Shown here: positions 1-8,465 of the stretch, piece by piece
Position numbering within the stretch: the stretch's first letter is position 1
Layout: each line of letters starts with the position of its first letter
Source of the DNA: Candidatus Bathyarchaeia archaeon
GTDB taxonomy: Archaea > Thermoproteota > Bathyarchaeia > Bathyarchaeales > Bathycorpusculaceae
Length of the DNA stretch: 41,627 bases
Reading direction: 5' to 3'
Assembly (NCBI GenBank): GCA_038883795.1
Contig: JAVZLK010000011.1
Coordinates: 1 to 41,627, forward strand
Notes under the pieces: generated by a model
The model's database searches: none
The model's input: only the letters and a program-made list of their open reading frames with translations
Told to the model about the DNA's origin: nothing
Program-made: the position numbers and the translations under genes

Positions 1-862
1 CTGGTTGAGTGGTGCAGATGAGAACATACATGCCATTAATGTAGTAAATTTCCTCAGCTTCATAACCAAACCCACTTGCTGCTGTTATAACTGGATTTCC
101 AGAATATTTCGTAAATGTTCCAGTTATCGAATCTGATGTTGCGTAACCGATTTGCCGTGTCCCCGTAGCGGTTGCCTGTCCCGTATAAAACAAATAGTAT
201 GTGGAGCCTACTTTGATTATAAATGCATCATAAACGTGATAGGAGTCCCATCCGCTTGCGCTTTTTTCTAAAACGGTTGTACGATTAGTCCAGCTGCTGG
301 AATTTTCTATATCGGTGGATTGCATCCGTTTAATTTTCCAGTTAGTCTGCAAGTCTTGGTAGAACAGATACCATGTATTGCCTTCTTTCCACAAGAATGG
401 AGCTGCAATGCCGTTCTCATCTGCTGCCGGACTAATGTCGTATAGGTAAGTCCAGTTTATCATATCGGTAGATTTCAAAATTCGAATTTTCTTGTCTGCA
501 GGATTATCTGCTTCTGGGTCATAACTTATCGCCATATAATATGTGCTTCCATCCTTCCATATGCTTGGGTCTTTACAAGCATGACCAGAAACGGCGTAAA
601 CTGGGTTATTCTCATATTCTGTAACTGAAGAATTAACGGTTTTACTTTCCATCCAATAGTCCAAAACTGTTTCGCCGTCATCATCTGTGAAGCGGACATC
701 TCCAAAATCTGTTCTGCAATGACTGTTAAGGTAAACATTTTCTCCATTATCGGTTCCACTTCCATAGTGTGCCTTAACTCTTACTTGGTAATTTGTTCCA
801 GCACCGCTTGCGCTATTAATCACATGGCTTTTACGATAACTCCAGCCGCTGAGCCAACCCAT
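1..862 (-). CDS. Tail-tip/receptor-binding-like protein: DUF2341-like N-terminus followed by a glycoside-hydrolase-like five-bladed beta-propeller (3' partial)
   Basis: Absent from the ORF track because it has no stop in the window. Hand translation from ATG 862: MGWLSGWSYRKSHVINSASGAGTNYQV...DFGDVRFTDDDGETVLDYWME, then NNPV...KDPSIWKDGSTYYM...STDMINW...APFLWKEGNTWYLFY...DAFIIKVGSTYYLFYTG...IGYATS...KYSGNPVI (GH32/43/130-like blades). Confidence 0.75.
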   Translation of the reverse strand, partial: MGWLSGWSYRKSHVINSASGAGTNYQVRVKAHYGSGTDNGENVYLNSHCRTDFGDVRFTDDDGETVLDYWMESKTVNSSVTEYENNPVYAVSGHACKDPSIWKDGSTYYMAISYDPEADNPADKKIRILKSTDMINWTYLYDISPAADENGIAAPFLWKEGNTWYLFYQDLQTNWKIKRMQSTDIENSSSWTNRTTVLEKSASGWDSYHVYDAFIIKVGSTYYLFYTGQATATGTRQIGYATSDSITGTFTKYSGNPVITAASGFGYEAEEIYYINGMYVLICTTQP

Positions 863-883
863 CGGAGTAAACCTCAGAAGCGC

Positions 884-1360
884 TTAGCTCGGTCTCTGGA
901 ATTTCGGCGTATAGTAAACTTTGACTGTGTCGCCGTTAACCACGTTTTTTGTTGTGTATGTGTCTCGGCAATACATTGTTCCGCCAGAAGAGGCATTGAA
1001 TAATCCGCACTCGTTTAAAGCGTAAGTTCCCGTTATGTTAAAGGTAGCGTCAACAGAGCATTCGCCGACATTAGCGTCTTTGCTATATGTGCCCTGGACA
1101 CGCATTACTTCATTGCCTAAAGCTGTTTGGCTTGCAGAGGGTGTCGTGCTGTCTGTTCCAATAGCAACATAATTGAATACTGCTGGTCTGTTTCCGCTTG
1201 AGTCGAAAGCTTGCCCACATAAAGCGTTTAAGCCCGCATCAACTACTAAATCATTGAAATCTATGAATTTTTCATCTACGTCTATCAGTTTGCCGTTTCG
1301 CCAAACTTCTATGCGCCTTTGTATTCCAACTATTATTCCAGCTTTCTTTTTCAAATTCAT
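884..1360 (-). CDS. Putative tail fibre/collar attachment protein (DUF3751-like)
   Basis: LVVDAGLNAL...YVAIGT...SQTALGNE...LNECGLFNASSGG pattern typical of tail-collar/fibre N-terminal domains; lies distal to the hub gene. Confidence 0.55.
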   Translation of the reverse strand: MNLKKKAGIIVGIQRRIEVWRNGKLIDVDEKFIDFNDLVVDAGLNALCGQAFDSSGNRPAVFNYVAIGTDSTTPSASQTALGNEVMRVQGTYSKDANVGECSVDATFNITGTYALNECGLFNASSGGTMYCRDTYTTKNVVNGDTVKVYYTPKFQRPS

Positions 1361-1596
1361 TTCTCAATTTTTTCTCCTCCGCTTACACCAGCAAGGTTTG
1401 AACAACCAGCCTCAACTTTAGGATAGCGAACAACCGCTATCCAACCAACCTCACCGTCATAATAAACGCGGACAACCAAAACGTTGTCGTGGGTTTTGAA
1501 GAGTTTTTTGCCTTCGGTTCGGGCTACCGCTAAGACGTCGCCAACGTCTTTAAACTTTTCTTTGTCGTCGCGGATGATGAGGGCTTTGTCAGGCAT
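1357..1596 (-). CDS. Hypothetical protein in tail operon (79 aa)
   Basis: Overlaps both neighbours in a co-oriented operon. Confidence 0.6.
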   Translation of the reverse strand: MPDKALIIRDDKEKFKDVGDVLAVARTEGKKLFKTHDNVLVVRVYYDGEVGWIAVVRYPKVEAGCSNLAGVSGGEKIEK

Positions 1597-1828
1597 CTGT
1601 TCTGTTAACCTCCTTTAAAGTGCCATCGGGGTTCCATGTGAAAGTTAATGTGAAAATTTCATTGTTGCCCTCGTAGGCTTTTAATGTGGCTAAGGTGCCA
1701 TCCGTGTTCCATGAGAAACCTAGCTTTGTTATTTTCCTCCCTGATGGCGGTGCCATGATTCCGCTTAGGGCGCTGTGGATAGCCTTATAAGCTTCTTCAT
1801 AACGTCCATAGGGAACGCTATTGCTCAT
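1589..1828 (-). CDS. Hypothetical protein in tail operon (79 aa)
   Basis: Tightly packed between neighbours; internal repeat FSWNTDGTL / FTWNPDGTL. Confidence 0.6.
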   Translation of the reverse strand: MSNSVPYGRYEEAYKAIHSALSGIMAPPSGRKITKLGFSWNTDGTLATLKAYEGNNEIFTLTFTWNPDGTLKEVNRTDA

Positions 1829-1829
1829 T

Positions 1830-3440
1830 TTATATTAGCCTCGCAATTTTATATTTGCTAACGTGGTCCGTTTTGCTTTTTAGAGCGTAAAGATAATCAG
1901 CCAGAAGAGGCCCTTCTCTTCCAAGTTCTAAGGTGATTTCGAGGGTTTGAGTTTTTGCATCCACATCATACTCGACGCTTTCAATGCGGAAATCTGCATC
2001 GACATTCTCATTTGGGAGCGTCACGTGAATTTTGTCTCCTGGCAAAAGCGGAGTGTTGCCATAATCTATGACTGTGCTTTTTACTGTCAGATGTTCTGTT
2101 GGATTTTTTAGGTGGTTAAGGATGGCTTTAGCCCTTAATGTGCATTCGTTATCGTTGTAAAGTTCTTCATCGGTTTCTGTTAGTTCCCGCAGTCCATAGG
2201 TGCTTTGGCTGTTTGAGTCTTCTTGTGTAGCTGAGTATCTGGCGCCGGAAAACAGTAAATGGTCAATTAGCATTTGTATTGCAGAAACATTCTGGGAGTG
2301 GTTGATGGTGAAGCGGATTGCGCTTATATTACTCCAGTTTGGGTTGCCATTTTTTGTCCATGTTGGCTGTTGAGGATTAAGCACATATTTAATCCATCCG
2401 CTTGTGCTTGGAATCATGTTTGAAATGTCAACTTCAAAATAGTTGCTTGCGTCTGTTAAGAGGCGAACCTTAAAGTTTTGAAAGTATGCAGGCGCATAAT
2501 AAAGGCCCATCCAGAAACTGATGGTTTTGAGGCCATTTACGCCTTCAAAGTTTAAAGATGGCAAAGTCCGTTCCATCCAAAGGGTGGCTGCATTGGCGAT
2601 GTTTGCTTCTACGCTGTAGGAATCCGTGTATTGTTTTTGTCCGTTGCGGGTAACATGCCCACTGTTCAGGGTTAGGTTGCCGTTTGTGGACCATCCGCTT
2701 GTGGATTCCGTGTAACCGTCATCGTTTATGTCGCTGGGAAGCTGTTTTGTTGAGGCGCCGTAAACGGTTATTTTGTTGCGTATGCCGTGAATGTCCTTGC
2801 GATATTCATACTCTTCAATTTTTTCTGAAAGGCTGACTGGCGAGGTTTTGCTGTTGCGTGGGAAAAACTCGAATTTTGCGTCTGGTGCTATACGAAAATC
2901 ATAGCCTATAACGCCGTTTTTGTCTGCGGATTCTGCAATATACTTGATAATGTCGAAGACTGGCGTGTCCTCATATTCTAATTTTGTGTATGTGGTGTCG
3001 GTGTTTTCCACAAGTTCCGTGCCGTCTCTGACGTGGCTTAAACCAACATAATAATCAAGCAAGTGCTTAACGATGTCTTCGCCTTTCATGTTCTCAAAAG
3101 TGCCAGTGAAAACCCTGCGAAAAAGTCTTTCACCCCAACACCTGCCGCTAACACGCAAGTAATTTTCTGTCGGCGTAGATTCATATTTTACGGATTCAAC
3201 ACGGCAAGTAATTATTTGCGGACAGTTTGCGCCTCTGCCTATGCTTATGCTTCCATCCATCCCAACATTAATCGGATATGTGCCGCTTGGACTATACTTT
3301 TTATTCCAATTTTGCAAAAGCACTTCAAAGCTGCTGACCTCTTTTGTGCAGCCCAAATGAACACGGCATTGGATAACATCGCCTTGGGGTGGAGTCACGG
3401 AACCAAAAACAACAGCCACTTTGGGAATTTCAACGCTCAT
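1830..3440 (-). CDS. Baseplate hub / Tal-like tail protein with an inserted CBM-like beta domain
   Basis: Hub-like segments (SSFEVLL, LRVSGRCW, IRNKITVYG, DSNSQSTYGLRE, LLPGDKIHV...FRIESVEY); directly follows the tape-measure-like gene; Asn/Trp-rich insert at about aa 235-400. Confidence 0.7.
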   Translation of the reverse strand: MSVEIPKVAVVFGSVTPPQGDVIQCRVHLGCTKEVSSFEVLLQNWNKKYSPSGTYPINVGMDGSISIGRGANCPQIITCRVESVKYESTPTENYLRVSGRCWGERLFRRVFTGTFENMKGEDIVKHLLDYYVGLSHVRDGTELVENTDTTYTKLEYEDTPVFDIIKYIAESADKNGVIGYDFRIAPDAKFEFFPRNSKTSPVSLSEKIEEYEYRKDIHGIRNKITVYGASTKQLPSDINDDGYTESTSGWSTNGNLTLNSGHVTRNGQKQYTDSYSVEANIANAATLWMERTLPSLNFEGVNGLKTISFWMGLYYAPAYFQNFKVRLLTDASNYFEVDISNMIPSTSGWIKYVLNPQQPTWTKNGNPNWSNISAIRFTINHSQNVSAIQMLIDHLLFSGARYSATQEDSNSQSTYGLRELTETDEELYNDNECTLRAKAILNHLKNPTEHLTVKSTVIDYGNTPLLPGDKIHVTLPNENVDADFRIESVEYDVDAKTQTLEITLELGREGPLLADYLYALKSKTDHVSKYKIARLI

Positions 3441-3442
3441 GG

Positions 3443-3985
3443 CTATTCCAAACCCCGCCTACACAGTTCCTCTTCTCCAGCCCTTCGAATGCTTCGCCCA
3501 CGCTCTGGCATGCCAGCCACAGCCTCATTAAAACCTTGAACAGATGCGGTGGCAGCATTCATTTGGCTGGCGAAATACGCTATGGCTGCAGCAGCCGCTA
3601 TAATGGCGGCTACTCCAACACCAGTCAAAGCAAGAAAAGTCGCATAGCTAATGTTTAGGGCGTTTTGAGCTGCTGTGGCAATCCAGCAAGCGGCAGCATA
3701 AACCTTTTGGGCTATGGCAACGCCCCACGAAGTACGCATAAACATTCCCATCACGCTTATGACCATCATGGCGGAATTGAAAACCCGCGCTTGCTCATCA
3801 TTTAATAAGCCAAACTGGTGGGCTATATGTCCAATGGCTGTTCCAGTAGCCCCTAAACCAGCAATAGCAGAGCCTAAAGCCCTAATGCGAAGGCTTAAGG
3901 CTTCAGCATCAGTCTGGATTCTTGCAAACTCGTGGCTTGCACGGTTAACAGCACGGATTGTTATTGCAATTTCACGGAAACTCAT
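3443..3985 (-). CDS. Very short tape-measure-like protein (180 aa)
   Basis: N-terminal IAITIRAVNRAS motif typical of TMPs, Ala/Gly-rich helical and hydrophobic segments, position between chaperone/gp10 and hub. Confidence 0.65.
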   Translation of the reverse strand: MSFREIAITIRAVNRASHEFARIQTDAEALSLRIRALGSAIAGLGATGTAIGHIAHQFGLLNDEQARVFNSAMMVISVMGMFMRTSWGVAIAQKVYAAACWIATAAQNALNISYATFLALTGVGVAAIIAAAAAIAYFASQMNAATASVQGFNEAVAGMPERGRSIRRAGEEELCRRGLE

Positions 3986-4353
3986 GTTAGTCCAGCCTCC
4001 ATTTTGGCTTGGTCAATAGCCTCGCAGACGATTTGCTCAAGCCTTGGCAGATACTCCTGAATGGCTGGGTAAAGGAATGGGCGGGCTTGCATGTGGCGGG
4101 TTCCAAACTCCACGAATAGGGCGTATGTGGCTTCTGCGCCTATTTCAGCAACCCAATCTTGAATTTTGGCATAAATAGAACTGCGCAAGTATCCAGTCCT
4201 GATGGGCGCAAGTTGTTTCGCATAGGCTTTAACTTTTTCAGCCCAGCTTGCCAAAAGCCTTTGCACATGCTCTTTCATGGCGGAATCAAACCTTTCCATT
4301 GCCATTTTAAACTCTTCAAAGCCTTCCACAACGTATTTTATTTCAACCGCCAT
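3982..4353 (-). CDS. HK97 gp10-family tail completion protein
   Basis: AKQLAPIRTGYLRSSI...YALFVEFGTRHMQARPFLYPA signature. Confidence 0.9.
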   Translation of the reverse strand: MAVEIKYVVEGFEEFKMAMERFDSAMKEHVQRLLASWAEKVKAYAKQLAPIRTGYLRSSIYAKIQDWVAEIGAEATYALFVEFGTRHMQARPFLYPAIQEYLPRLEQIVCEAIDQAKMEAGLT

Positions 4354-4547
4354 TTGGCTTCACGTTCCGCCTTCGCTTTTTCCTCCTCCATTTGACGGTC
4401 TAACTCGTTGAGGATAACGATGAATTGCTGGATGGTTTTGGCTGGCTGTCTTGCAAGTTGGTTTGGTGTCCAACCGAACTCTTTGCAGAGCCTAAACTCT
4501 GTGAGGGTTGGGTTTGGCTTTTGGCGTCTGATGCAGCGGATAAAAAA
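4338..4547 (-). CDS. -1 frameshift extension of the tail assembly chaperone (gpGT-like)
   Basis: The -1 frame is open from the slippery heptamer to TAA at 4340-4338 and reads IRCIRRQKPNPTLTEFRLCKEFGWTPNQLARQPAKTIQQFIVILNELDRQMEEEKAKAEREAKWRLK. Confidence 0.75.
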   Translation of the reverse strand, partial: FFIRCIRRQKPNPTLTEFRLCKEFGWTPNQLARQPAKTIQQFIVILNELDRQMEEEKAKAEREAKWRLK

Positions 4548-4873
4548 GCAGACTCTTCAAAGCCTACATGGTTAAGCCTATTAACGATTTGGCTGAAAAT
4601 TTCGCCCAAACCAATGGGAACCCCATCTTCTTCGCTAAGCAGTTTCTCAAGAGTTATGGGCTTGTGTGATGGCTGCTCCCTAAGGGAAGCCATTATGGTT
4701 TCGGCTTGGATGGCTATGTAATCGCTTGCTATTACTTGTCCAGTGTGCGGACTATATCGCGTATATTTTTGGATTATTCTGCTACGTTTAGCCCAAGAGA
4801 TTTCACTAAAAACATATTTGCCCGCATATTCCTTGCCAAACTCTTCGCCAATAATCACAGTTTCTGTCCTCAT
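4400..4873 (-). CDS. Tail assembly chaperone (gpG-like)
   Basis: Immediately downstream of the tail tube gene; contains an in-frame T TTT TTA slippery site followed by a low-complexity Ser/Gln tail. Confidence 0.75.
   Translation of the reverse strand: MRTETVIIGEEFGKEYAGKYVFSEISWAKRSRIIQKYTRYSPHTGQVIASDYIAIQAETIMASLREQPSHKPITLEKLLSEEDGVPIGLGEIFSQIVNRLNHVGFEESAFLSAASDAKSQTQPSQSLGSAKSSVGHQTNLQDSQPKPSSNSSLSSTS
4541..4547 (-). other. Candidate programmed -1 ribosomal frameshift heptamer T TTT TTA
   Basis: X XXY YYZ heptamer correctly phased in the chaperone frame (GCT TTT TTA). Confidence 0.75.
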
Positions 4874-5727
4874 CAGCTTATCACCACATCCCTCGCAACA
4901 AAAGAAGCCTTCAAACTTACAAGGTCCTCAACCTTTGTGGGCGTGCTAACGCTTTCCCACTTGCAATATTTGAAAAGGGCGCTTTTTGTTCCGCCTAAAC
5001 CAAATTTTAAGCTGAACTCGCTATCATTCACCACATCATCGTATTCCTGCTTACTTTCAAACTCGAAGATTAACTCGCCAGTTAGGCTGCGGTGGCGGGC
5101 TGGCAAATACTTGAGGATTTCACCGTTTGTGGAGCGGATTACGGGCACTTGCTTAAGGTTATTTTCGATAGTGAACTTCCAATCCGTAACCCTCTCAACC
5201 GCCGTTAGGCCCGAACCGTCTCCAGCTCCGCGTTGCACATAACTGTCGTAGTATGGGACAGCGCCAGCATAATCAGCATATGTGGCTCCGCTTATCTTCG
5301 AAGTTCCAACAGCCAAATTCTGCCCAACCAGCTCCACATTCGCCTTAACAACATCTTCGATGCCGCATTCCACAACAGCCTTATCCATCCTGCACCCTTT
5401 AAAGAGCAAATCAACGATTCCAGAGGGTTTTTCGTAAAATACTTCGATACTTAAAGAGTTCAGCGTGGCTATGTGCTGCAGAAAGTTTATGGAAGCATCG
5501 CTTGGCAATGGATAGGCAACTTTTAAGCCCACATCCCTCAAACCCTTCTTAATGGCTTGTAAGTCTCGGCTTCCAACCCCACGAACCTTAATTAGGCTTG
5601 GGTTCAAAAGGGGTTCGACGCTTTCGGCTTTTATGCCAATCATTAGGGGGTTTGATGGTGTTTCGCCGTAGCTTGTTTCTTCCACGTAATAGATTTTTGC
5701 TTCATGCGCTCCAAATGGCAAACTCAT
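4873..5727 (-). CDS. Major tail tube protein (non-contractile)
   Basis: YYVEETSYGETP N-terminal motif, FTIENNL and LTGEL segments; between terminator and chaperone; no sheath gene nearby. Confidence 0.85.
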   Translation of the reverse strand: MSLPFGAHEAKIYYVEETSYGETPSNPLMIGIKAESVEPLLNPSLIKVRGVGSRDLQAIKKGLRDVGLKVAYPLPSDASINFLQHIATLNSLSIEVFYEKPSGIVDLLFKGCRMDKAVVECGIEDVVKANVELVGQNLAVGTSKISGATYADYAGAVPYYDSYVQRGAGDGSGLTAVERVTDWKFTIENNLKQVPVIRSTNGEILKYLPARHRSLTGELIFEFESKQEYDDVVNDSEFSLKFGLGGTKSALFKYCKWESVSTPTKVEDLVSLKASFVARDVVIS

Positions 5728-5729
5728 CT

Positions 5730-6692
5730 TTACTCCTCCATTATTGTAACATTTTCAAAAAACCATGACTTCACAAGGAATTCGGTGCGCCACAAGAAGG
5801 GCTTAACCCGCACCTCATCAACATCACGAAAACTTACAATGTCCACGTAGGCTATGCCATTAACAGCAAACTCAACCTCAACATAATCACAGTAAAGAAC
5901 CGCTTGAGTTTCGCCGTCGCTTGGGAAAGTGGTTTTGGCAAGCAAATAGGCATAGCCATCAGCATCAACATAGTTCGGCAAATTAGAAGACAAGTTTATC
6001 ATTAAAACCTCATCGGTTGCGCTGCTGCCGGAAACAGCATTCTCCCAAACATTTGCCACGTGATTCCAAACTTTTATTGTGGCGCCATTTCCAGAAGGCG
6101 CAACGCCATAACCCTCAAACTTCAAAATCAACCGCTTAAGAAGGTTTTCATCGGCGTCGATTTTGAAGCGGAAAAGCGTATAGGCGTATTTTCCATTTTC
6201 TAAGACGGATTTGCTTAAACGGTTGTCGTCGCTATACCAGATTTTCTGATATTCGCCTTCAGCGAACTCGCTCCAGCCATCATCGTTAGGTGGCAAATCA
6301 GAGACTGAAACGCCATGGAAAGCTTCATGCGTTTCAGAAGCTACACCAACACCACAAAAATTGTAATTCACAATGTTTGGCGTGTTCCGTTTTCCATGAA
6401 TTACGCGGTTGATTTCGCTGCACACTTTTTCGCGGATACTTCTATCAGAAGCCCAAACGTTAACCCTTAAAAAGTGGCAGAGGCGCCTAAGACTTCCATC
6501 AAAACTTAACTTTTCATCTTCGCCCCTCTCAAGCCCAACAGTGATTTGCCCATCAAAACTTTCCAATATTTCACGGTCCAACCATTCCTGTCCAACATGA
6601 ATTTTGGCTATGGAGCCATCCTCTTTAACAACCAGCAAATATCTCTTAAGCAAACGAATAAGCGTTAAAACAGGGCTCTCCACAGTAGTCAT
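5730..6692 (-). CDS. Tail terminator-like protein with a ~170-aa inserted beta domain
   Basis: Position just before the tube gene; terminator-like ends (LRVNVWASDRSIREKVCSEINRVI ... FLWRTEFLVK) flank an insert. Confidence 0.55.
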   Translation of the reverse strand: MTTVESPVLTLIRLLKRYLLVVKEDGSIAKIHVGQEWLDREILESFDGQITVGLERGEDEKLSFDGSLRRLCHFLRVNVWASDRSIREKVCSEINRVIHGKRNTPNIVNYNFCGVGVASETHEAFHGVSVSDLPPNDDGWSEFAEGEYQKIWYSDDNRLSKSVLENGKYAYTLFRFKIDADENLLKRLILKFEGYGVAPSGNGATIKVWNHVANVWENAVSGSSATDEVLMINLSSNLPNYVDADGYAYLLAKTTFPSDGETQAVLYCDYVEVEFAVNGIAYVDIVSFRDVDEVRVKPFLWRTEFLVKSWFFENVTIMEE

Positions 6693-8077
6693 GGAGTGAT
6701 GAGCCTCCTACAGGTGGTTTGGTAATAGGCGGGTTCACCCATCCAACGATAAACCTTGACCGGACCCACCTCAAAATCAACGCCGCCCCGCCTAATCTTG
6801 TCTCGGGTTCTGATGGGCAGAAAGGTTTGGATGGTTATGTAGTCTGTTATTGCATAGCCCGGTTCAAGGACAATTTCTGCTGGATTTTCAACCCTAACTA
6901 TGGCTTTAAGGCTAATTCCATCGCCATAAGAGACGGTTTCGCCAGCCTCTAAAATTGGATATAAAGTTAGGTTTTCGCCGAATTTTTCCAAAATCGCCTT
7001 GAAAGGCGTATGCTTAGGCGTATAACGAAGAAGCAAAAGTCCAAGCCAAGAAACCGTTATTATGCTCTGTTTATTCTCCACAGGGCTCCAGTCTTTGAAT
7101 TTTACTCCCCAAAACATAAAATCAGAATAATGCCCATCCAAAATCTGAACACTCAACTCTAGGCTTGGATTATCCTTAGCTGCACGAGTGTCATGCAAGA
7201 TGCCGCATGTAACGCTGTCATAGTATTCGCATGCAGCCTTCCGCTTAACAATGTCTATGTAGCCCGCCCAACAAAAGTTTGGGTTGTATCCAGCATATTC
7301 TGCGCTTGGTCCTATGGCGTTTAAAGTTTCATAAACCCTTTGAACTGTGGGGCTCCAGCCTTCATAACTGTAAAGTCCCAATAAAGCATAAGCGAAGCAA
7401 TCATCATAAATTTGGCTTTCATCCACGCCCGCCCTGTGCCACGCATTGTCTGAAGGGTCATAGTATAGCCATAGGTTTTCAAAGCCGCTTCGGAGAAAAT
7501 CTACAAGTTTAACAATCATGTCTTGATAAGTGTTGGCATTATCTGTGTCATGGGTTTCGGCGAGCATTTTTAAGCCCAAAACCCCATAAAGGCATTCGAC
7601 ATCCATCTGCAAAAGCCAATCATCATTAAGGGTAACAGCCCTTGCAAAACCGCCATAACTCTGTCTATCCTGCATAGCCTTCAAAAACGTAAAGCCAGCA
7701 AGCCTTGCAGCATTCAAATAATCCAAATCTTTCGTTAACGCATGAGCCTTCAAAAGCGATGGAATAACACGGCAAGCATCAATAGCATAATAATAATCGC
7801 TTGCCTCGTTGCTTTTGAAGCCGCCATAAGCGTTTTTGGCATTGTCTGTGCATTGTTGGGTTAAAATCCAATCAGCCAAAGAAATAATCTTGTCATAAAC
7901 CTCACTTTTCTTTGCTATGCAGCGGCTGTCAGAATAGGCTTCGTAGAGAAAGTCTATGGCAAAAGCGGCGGCTGCCACACCCCGCTCGCCCACAACGCCG
8001 GAACCTGGCACATAATAAAAATATGGCGCATTAGCCAAAACAAACTGCAAATAAACGTTTAAGGCTTCATCAAACAT
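6689..8077 (-). CDS. Head-closure (stopper)-like protein fused to an N-terminal alpha/alpha-toroid (six-hairpin glycosidase-like) domain
   Basis: C-terminal ~105 aa (ILEKFGENLTL...IRTRDKIRRGGVDFEV...YYQTTCRR) resemble gp16/FII-like stoppers; N-terminal part has toroid repeats (LADWILTQQ..GGF, YLNAARLAGFTFL..MQ..GGF). Confidence 0.6.
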   Translation of the reverse strand: MFDEALNVYLQFVLANAPYFYYVPGSGVVGERGVAAAAFAIDFLYEAYSDSRCIAKKSEVYDKIISLADWILTQQCTDNAKNAYGGFKSNEASDYYYAIDACRVIPSLLKAHALTKDLDYLNAARLAGFTFLKAMQDRQSYGGFARAVTLNDDWLLQMDVECLYGVLGLKMLAETHDTDNANTYQDMIVKLVDFLRSGFENLWLYYDPSDNAWHRAGVDESQIYDDCFAYALLGLYSYEGWSPTVQRVYETLNAIGPSAEYAGYNPNFCWAGYIDIVKRKAACEYYDSVTCGILHDTRAAKDNPSLELSVQILDGHYSDFMFWGVKFKDWSPVENKQSIITVSWLGLLLLRYTPKHTPFKAILEKFGENLTLYPILEAGETVSYGDGISLKAIVRVENPAEIVLEPGYAITDYITIQTFLPIRTRDKIRRGGVDFEVGPVKVYRWMGEPAYYQTTCRRLITP

Positions 8078-8431
8078 TTAGGCATACCTCACATGAGGCG
8101 TTTTTAAGCCATGCAAAATCCTTTCTAACTCAGCCTGCAAAACATCCAAGGGCGGAGCCTTGCTTAGTACGCTTATGTTTTGGTCTCCGAGACTGAAACT
8201 TAAGCCAACTGCCGAACCGCCAGTCAAATAGCAAATGGCATAAACTGCCGCCAAAACAGTTATAAACTCCTTTTCCGCGTCGCTGCAATCTGCATAATCA
8301 ATTTCTCTTCCAAGCTCAAGCTCCAACGTAACCTCAGCCCGTTTAATCATCTTAAAAATTTTAGCGTCTGGAACGTCAGCCGAACTGAGATTTAACACAT
8401 CTCGGACGTCATCGGGTGAAACGCTTGCCAA
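8078..8431 (-). CDS. Head-tail adaptor (gp15/gp6-like)
   Basis: VSPDDVRDVL...DAKIFKMIKRAE helical pattern; first gene of the neck/tail block; probable TTG start at 8431 behind a GAGGT ribosome-binding site. Confidence 0.7.
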   Translation of the reverse strand: MASVSPDDVRDVLNLSSADVPDAKIFKMIKRAEVTLELELGREIDYADCSDAEKEFITVLAAVYAICYLTGGSAVGLSFSLGDQNISVLSKAPPLDVLQAELERILHGLKTPHVRYA

Positions 8432-8465
8432 ACCGCAAACCTCAAACAAAAATTAAAAATAGGCA

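Noticed and set aside
526-1003. ORFs 526-765(-) and 719-1003(+)
   Set aside because: Alternative-frame or antisense shadows of the unlisted 862-to-edge tip-protein ORF and the 884-1360 gene.
1-3440. Diversity-generating retroelement acting on tail-tip genes
   Set aside because: No reverse transcriptase and no TR/VR repeat pair seen in the window.
4873-8449. Contractile injection system or tailocin
   Set aside because: No sheath or baseplate wedge genes; capsid and portal genes are present.
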